Assembly: GCA_963756875.1 (NCBI GenBank)
Contig: CAVWPA010000003.1
Span: 576,001 to 640,000 of the forward strand
From: an uncultured Verrucomicrobiae bacterium
GTDB lineage: Bacteria > Verrucomicrobiota > Verrucomicrobiia > Chthoniobacterales > UBA10450
Direction of reading: 5' to 3'
DNA length: 64,000 nt
Shown here piece by piece: positions 59,564 to 64,000 of this stretch. The first letter of the stretch is position 1. Each line of letters opens with the position of its first letter. The position numbers were made by a program, and so were the translations under genes. The notes beneath the pieces were generated by a model that searched no databases, had not been told where the DNA came from, and saw only the letters and a program-made list of their open reading frames with translations.

Positions 59564-62500
59564 GTGAACGCAAAGAGTAAGACGAGAATTGGCAGATCAA
59601 ACGGCAAAAATTCGCGGGCCAATCCCGCCCCTGATTTCAAACACGAGCGCCGGCCGGTTTCGGGGGATATCCCGACGACCGGTCATAAGACAGTGGATGC
59701 AAACGAGGCCGTCGCGCGCGTCGCCTACGCGCTGAACGAAGTGATTGCGATTTATCCGATCACGCCGGCGTCGCCGATGGGCGAATGGGCGGACGCATGG
59801 GCGGCGAACGGAGTGAAAAATTTATGGGAAACAGTGCCGTACGTGGTGGAGATGCAAAGCGAGGGGGGCGCGGCAGGCGCCATTCATGGCGCGCTCCAGA
59901 CGGGGGCGTTGAGCACAACGTTTACCGCGTCGCAGGGGTTGCTTTTGATGATCCCGAACATGTACAAAATCGCGGGCGAGCTTACGCCGACCGTTTTTCA
60001 CATTGCAGCGCGATCGGTTGCAGGGCAGGCGCTTTCCATATTTGGCGATCACAGCGACGTGATGGCGGCGCGCGCCACCGGGTTTGCGATGCTCTGCTCG
60101 TGTTCCGTGCAGGAAGCGCAGGACATGGCGCTGATCGCGCACGCGGCCACGCTCGAATCGCGCATTCCGTTTTTGCATTTCTTCGACGGATTCCGGACGT
60201 CGCACGAAATCTCGAAGATCGATGTGCTGGCGGACGATGTATTACGCGAGATGATCGATGAAACGCGTATCCTGGAACATCGTGCCCGCGCGCTGTCGCC
60301 CGATCATCCGGTGGTCCGCGGCACGGCGCAAAACCCGGACGTTTTCTTCCAGGCGCGCGAGACGGTGAACCCGTTTTATGCCGCTTGCCCGGAGATTGTT
60401 CAGCGGACGATGGACCGTTTCGCGGAGTTGACGAAGCGGCGTTACAGCTTGTTCGAGTATCACGGCGCGCCCGATGCCAGACGCGTGATTGTGTTGATGG
60501 GGTCCGGCTGCGAAGCCGCGCATGAGACGGTCGATTTTCTCAATCGGCAAAAGGAGAAAGTCGGTGTGCTCAAGGTCAGGCTCTACCGGCCGTTCGATGC
60601 GAAAAGCTTCGTTAAAGCGCTGCCGAAAACCGTGCGTAAAATTGCCGTTTTGGACCGCACGAAAGAGCCCGGCTCCAGCGGCGAGCCGCTTTATCTCGAC
60701 TGCGTGAATGCGCTTTACGAGCAAGGGCGCGACGAAATGCGGGCGGTCGGCGGGCGTTACGGACTTTCCTCGAAAGAATTCACGCCGGCGATGGTGAAGG
60801 CGATTTTCGACAATCTTGCCCAACCTTCGCCGAAAAATCATTTCACCATCGGTATCAATGACGACGTTTCGCATAGCAGCATCGATTTCGATCCCAACTT
60901 TTCGATCGAGGCGGGCGATGTGGTGCGGGCGCAATTCTTTGGGCTCGGATCGGACGGCACGGTCGGCGCGAACAAGGAGTCGATCAAGATTATCGGCGAA
61001 AACACGGATTACTTCGCGCAAGGCTATTTCGTTTACGATTCGAAGAAATCGGGGGCCATAACCATCTCGCACCTGCGGTTCGGGCCGCGGCCGATTCGAT
61101 CGACGTATCTAATCACGAGCGCGAATTTCATCGGGTGTCATCAACCGTTCCTCCTGGAGCGGTTTGATGTTTTCAAGGACCTCGCGCCGCAGGGGACAAT
61201 CTTGTTGAACTCGCCATTTGGTGCCGACCAGATTTGGAAACATCTTCCGGAAAACGCGCAGCGCCGCCTCATCGAGCAACGGGCGCGCTTCTTTGTGATC
61301 GACGCCAACAAGGTGGCGCGCGAGTCGGGAATGGGCGGGCGGATCAACACGGTCATGCAGACATGTTTTTTCGCGATCTCCGGCGTGCTGCCGCGCGAGC
61401 GAGCAATCGCAGCAATCAAGGATTCGATCGAAAAAACTTATGGGAAAAAAGGTGAAGAGATCGTGAAGAGAAATCTCCATGCAGTGGACGAGGCGCTGGC
61501 ACACCTGCACGAAGTGGAAGTTTCGGGAAAGATGGTGACCGCCGAGCCCGGGCACAATGGCCAGCTTCAAGGTGCGCCCCCGTTTGTGCGAAATGTGCTC
61601 GGCGAAATCATGGCCGGCCTCGGCGATCGCGTGCCGGTGAGCGCATTGCCTAACGACGGAACCTTTCCTACCGGCACCGCGCAATGGGAAAAACGAAACC
61701 TGGCACTGGAAGTGCCGGTTTGGGACCCCGCGGTCTGCATTCAGTGCGGCAAATGCGTAATGGTCTGCCCGCATGCGGTGATTCGCAGCAAAGTTTACGA
61801 AGCGGCTGTTCTCCCCAGCGCGCCCGCGTCGTTCAAATCGCATGATGCGCGGTTGCCGGAATGGAAAGAGCTCAAGTACACGTTGCAGGTATCGGCTGAA
61901 GATTGCACGGGGTGTGGGATTTGCGTCGATGTTTGCCCGGCCCGGAACAAATCGGAGGCGCGGTTTAAAGCGATCAACATGCAGCCGCAGGCGCCGTTGC
62001 GTGAAGCCGAGCGCGCGAACTGGAACTTTTTCCTTTCCATTCCGGAGATGGACCGCAGCCGTGTTGCGCTGAAGAGCGTGCGTGAAATGCAGGTGGAACA
62101 GCCGCTCTTCGAGTTCTCGGGTGCGTGCGCGGGTTGCGGCGAGACGCCGTACATTAAATTACTGACGCAACTTTTCGGCGACCGGCTGGTGATCGCGAAT
62201 GCCACCGGTTGCTCGTCCATTTACGGCGGCAACCTGCCGACCACGCCATATGCGAAAAACGCCGATGGCCGCGGCCCGGCGTGGGCGAACTCGCTTTTTG
62301 AAGACAACGCGGAGTTCGGTCTCGGGTTCCGTGTTTCGATCGACAAACAACAGGAGTTCGCCGGCGAATTGCTTCAGCGGCTCAGCCCGCAGGTAGGCCG
62401 GGCGCTGGCAACTGAAATTCTGAATGCACGGCAGCGTGATGAGGCGGACATTTTCGATCAGCGTGCGCGGGTCGCGGAACTAAAGCACAGGCTCGAATCG

Positions 62501-63223
62501 CTGGATGGACCATATGTGAAACGTTTGCAGGCTTTGGCCGACATGTTTGTGCGCAAGAGCGTTTGGATTGTCGGCGGCGACGGCTGGGGCTACGACATTG
62601 GTTACGGCGGGCTCGATCACGTGCTGGCGAGCGGGCACAACGTGAAAGTGTTGCTGCTCGACACGGAGGTCTATTCCAACACCGGCGGGCAATGCTCCAA
62701 ATCGACGCCGCGCGCTGCGGTTGCCAAGTTTGCGTCCGGCGGCAAACGCGGACCCAAGAAGGACCTCGGACTGATGGCGATGAGTTACGGGACGATCTAT
62801 GTCGCGTCGGTGGCGATGGGGGCAAAGGATGAGCACACGTTGAAGGCGTTCCTGGAAGCCGAAGCCTATGATGGTCCCGCTATCATCATCGCGTACAGCC
62901 ATTGCATTGCGCACGGAATCAACATGACGACCGCGATGCAAAATCAAAAGGCGGCCGTGAACTCGGCGCAATGGCTTCTTTATCGGTACAACCCGGAGCG
63001 CGCGGCGATGGGCGACAACCCGCTTCAACTCGATTCCGCACCGGCCAGGATGAAAGTGGAGGATTATTTCAAGCTCGAGAACCGGTTTCGGATGCTGGGC
63101 AAGACACACCCGGCAGCCGCAAAAGAGCTGGCAAAGCGCGCGCAGGTGGACGCGAGCACTCGCCGCGAACTTTATGAATATCTCGCGGCCCGCAAATTTA
63201 CCACGGAGAAACCAACGTCATGA
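59564..63223 (+). CDS. nifJ: Pyruvate:ferredoxin (flavodoxin) oxidoreductase, single chain; start uncertain
   Basis: YPITPAS, MQSEGGAAG, FDGFRTSHE, GLGSDGTVGANK, two CxxCxxCxxxCP clusters, FSGACAGCGE, GGDGWGYDIG, EVYSNTGGQ. Confidence 0.96.
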   Translation: MNAKSKTRIGRSNGKNSRANPAPDFKHERRPVSGDIPTTGHKTVDANEAVARVAYALNEVIAIYPITPASPMGEWADAWAANGVKNLWETVPYVVEMQSEGGAAGAIHGALQTGALSTTFTASQGLLLMIPNMYKIAGELTPTVFHIAARSVAGQALSIFGDHSDVMAARATGFAMLCSCSVQEAQDMALIAHAATLESRIPFLHFFDGFRTSHEISKIDVLADDVLREMIDETRILEHRARALSPDHPVVRGTAQNPDVFFQARETVNPFYAACPEIVQRTMDRFAELTKRRYSLFEYHGAPDARRVIVLMGSGCEAAHETVDFLNRQKEKVGVLKVRLYRPFDAKSFVKALPKTVRKIAVLDRTKEPGSSGEPLYLDCVNALYEQGRDEMRAVGGRYGLSSKEFTPAMVKAIFDNLAQPSPKNHFTIGINDDVSHSSIDFDPNFSIEAGDVVRAQFFGLGSDGTVGANKESIKIIGENTDYFAQGYFVYDSKKSGAITISHLRFGPRPIRSTYLITSANFIGCHQPFLLERFDVFKDLAPQGTILLNSPFGADQIWKHLPENAQRRLIEQRARFFVIDANKVARESGMGGRINTVMQTCFFAISGVLPRERAIAAIKDSIEKTYGKKGEEIVKRNLHAVDEALAHLHEVEVSGKMVTAEPGHNGQLQGAPPFVRNVLGEIMAGLGDRVPVSALPNDGTFPTGTAQWEKRNLALEVPVWDPAVCIQCGKCVMVCPHAVIRSKVYEAAVLPSAPASFKSHDARLPEWKELKYTLQVSAEDCTGCGICVDVCPARNKSEARFKAINMQPQAPLREAERANWNFFLSIPEMDRSRVALKSVREMQVEQPLFEFSGACAGCGETPYIKLLTQLFGDRLVIANATGCSSIYGGNLPTTPYAKNADGRGPAWANSLFEDNAEFGLGFRVSIDKQQEFAGELLQRLSPQVGRALATEILNARQRDEADIFDQRARVAELKHRLESLDGPYVKRLQALADMFVRKSVWIVGGDGWGYDIGYGGLDHVLASGHNVKVLLLDTEVYSNTGGQCSKSTPRAAVAKFASGGKRGPKKDLGLMAMSYGTIYVASVAMGAKDEHTLKAFLEAEAYDGPAIIIAYSHCIAHGINMTTAMQNQKAAVNSAQWLLYRYNPERAAMGDNPLQLDSAPARMKVEDYFKLENRFRMLGKTHPAAAKELAKRAQVDASTRRELYEYLAARKFTTEKPTS

Positions 63224-64000
63224 AACTGCGAACCACCTATCTTGGATTGAAGTTGCGGACGCCTCTCGTGCCGTCTGCATCGCCTCTTTCGGAACATCTC
63301 GACAATATCAAGCGAATGGAAGACGCGGGCGCGTCGGCCGTGGTCTTCCATTCGCTTTTCGAAGAACAACTGCGCCGCGAGCGTCACGAGTTGGAACATT
63401 ATCTCGATCAAGGAACGGAATCCTACGCCGAAGCGCTCAGTTATTTCCCGGAGCCACTCGAGTTCAAAGTGGGGCCGGAAGCTTATCTCGAACACATCGC
63501 GAAGGCGAAAGCCGCGGTCGACATCCCGATCATTGGCAGCCTCAATGGGACGACGTTTGGCGGCTGGATGAAGTATGCCCGGCAAATCGAAGAGGCGGGC
63601 GCGGATGCTCTGGAGCTGAACATTTATAACGTGCCCAGCGATCCCGACACGACCGCCGAAGATATTGAAAACGGTTACCTGACGATTCTCGCATCGGTGA
63701 GAGCGCAATTGAAGATTCCGGTAGCGATGAAACTAAGCCCGTTTTTCACAAATCTCGCGCGTTTCGCACGGAGCCTCGACCGGCAGGGGGTCAACGGGCT
63801 CGTGCTCTTCAACCGGTTTTATCAACCGGACATCGAAATCGAGACGCTGGAGGTCAGCCCGAACGTGCTTCTGAGCACACCGATGGCGATGCGTTTACCG
63901 ATGCGATGGATTGCGCTTCTGTACAGCCGGATTAACGCAAGTCTTGCGGCGACCAGCGGAATTCATCGCGCCACGGACGCGCTGAAAATGCTAATGGCCG
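63220..64000 (+). CDS. Dihydroorotate dehydrogenase-like flavoprotein (partial, runs off the window)
   Basis: ATGA overlap with nifJ; MKLRTTYLGLKLRTPLVPSASPLS...SLFEEQ...IIGSLNG...DALELN...AMKLSPFF...LFNRFYQPD. Confidence 0.9.
   Translation, partial: MKLRTTYLGLKLRTPLVPSASPLSEHLDNIKRMEDAGASAVVFHSLFEEQLRRERHELEHYLDQGTESYAEALSYFPEPLEFKVGPEAYLEHIAKAKAAVDIPIIGSLNGTTFGGWMKYARQIEEAGADALELNIYNVPSDPDTTAEDIENGYLTILASVRAQLKIPVAMKLSPFFTNLARFARSLDRQGVNGLVLFNRFYQPDIEIETLEVSPNVLLSTPMAMRLPMRWIALLYSRINASLAATSGIHRATDALKMLMA

Overview
A 64-kb GC-rich bacterial chromosomal segment. Gene content and intergenic repeats suggest a soil Verrucomicrobium of the Chthoniobacterales/Spartobacteria type (inference). Left to right: a partial SAM-methyltransferase, tRNA-Leu(TAG) and an LpxH-like phosphoesterase. 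Next is a ~17-kb MacAB/ADOP-type ABC export locus (4 duplicated permeases, 2 ATPases, 1 adaptor) around an NtrC-type regulator and histidine kinase, with two matching sigma-54 promoters. Then come FdhF/YdeP, DUF2891, a BNR/VPS10 glycosyl hydrolase, a GH25 lysozyme, a sulfotransferase, 2-oxoacid:ferredoxin oxidoreductase alpha/beta, a POT transporter, a TetR/Lnt-like operon and a desaturase. A ~9-kb accessory/defence island (~38.8-47.6 kb) holds a polyvalent-type kinase, a tight DNA methyltransferase-ParB-HD phosphohydrolase operon that I cannot match to a named system (top candidate for novelty), an indel-ridden DUF2075/Schlafen helicase, a truncated RM controller (C) gene with a near-textbook 35-bp C-box operator, and a small-protein/ART-like pair. 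The right end has ABC-F, SDR, PLD, cpATP-grasp, ClC, ICMT-like, DUF1579, PFOR (nifJ) and a partial DHOD-like gene. Intergenic DNA is a mosaic of 7-bp and 6-bp tandem arrays, GTAG-type REP elements and ~90-bp dispersed hairpins. Several single-base frameshifts are probably long-read consensus errors. All family calls come from motif recognition by eye; no searches were run.
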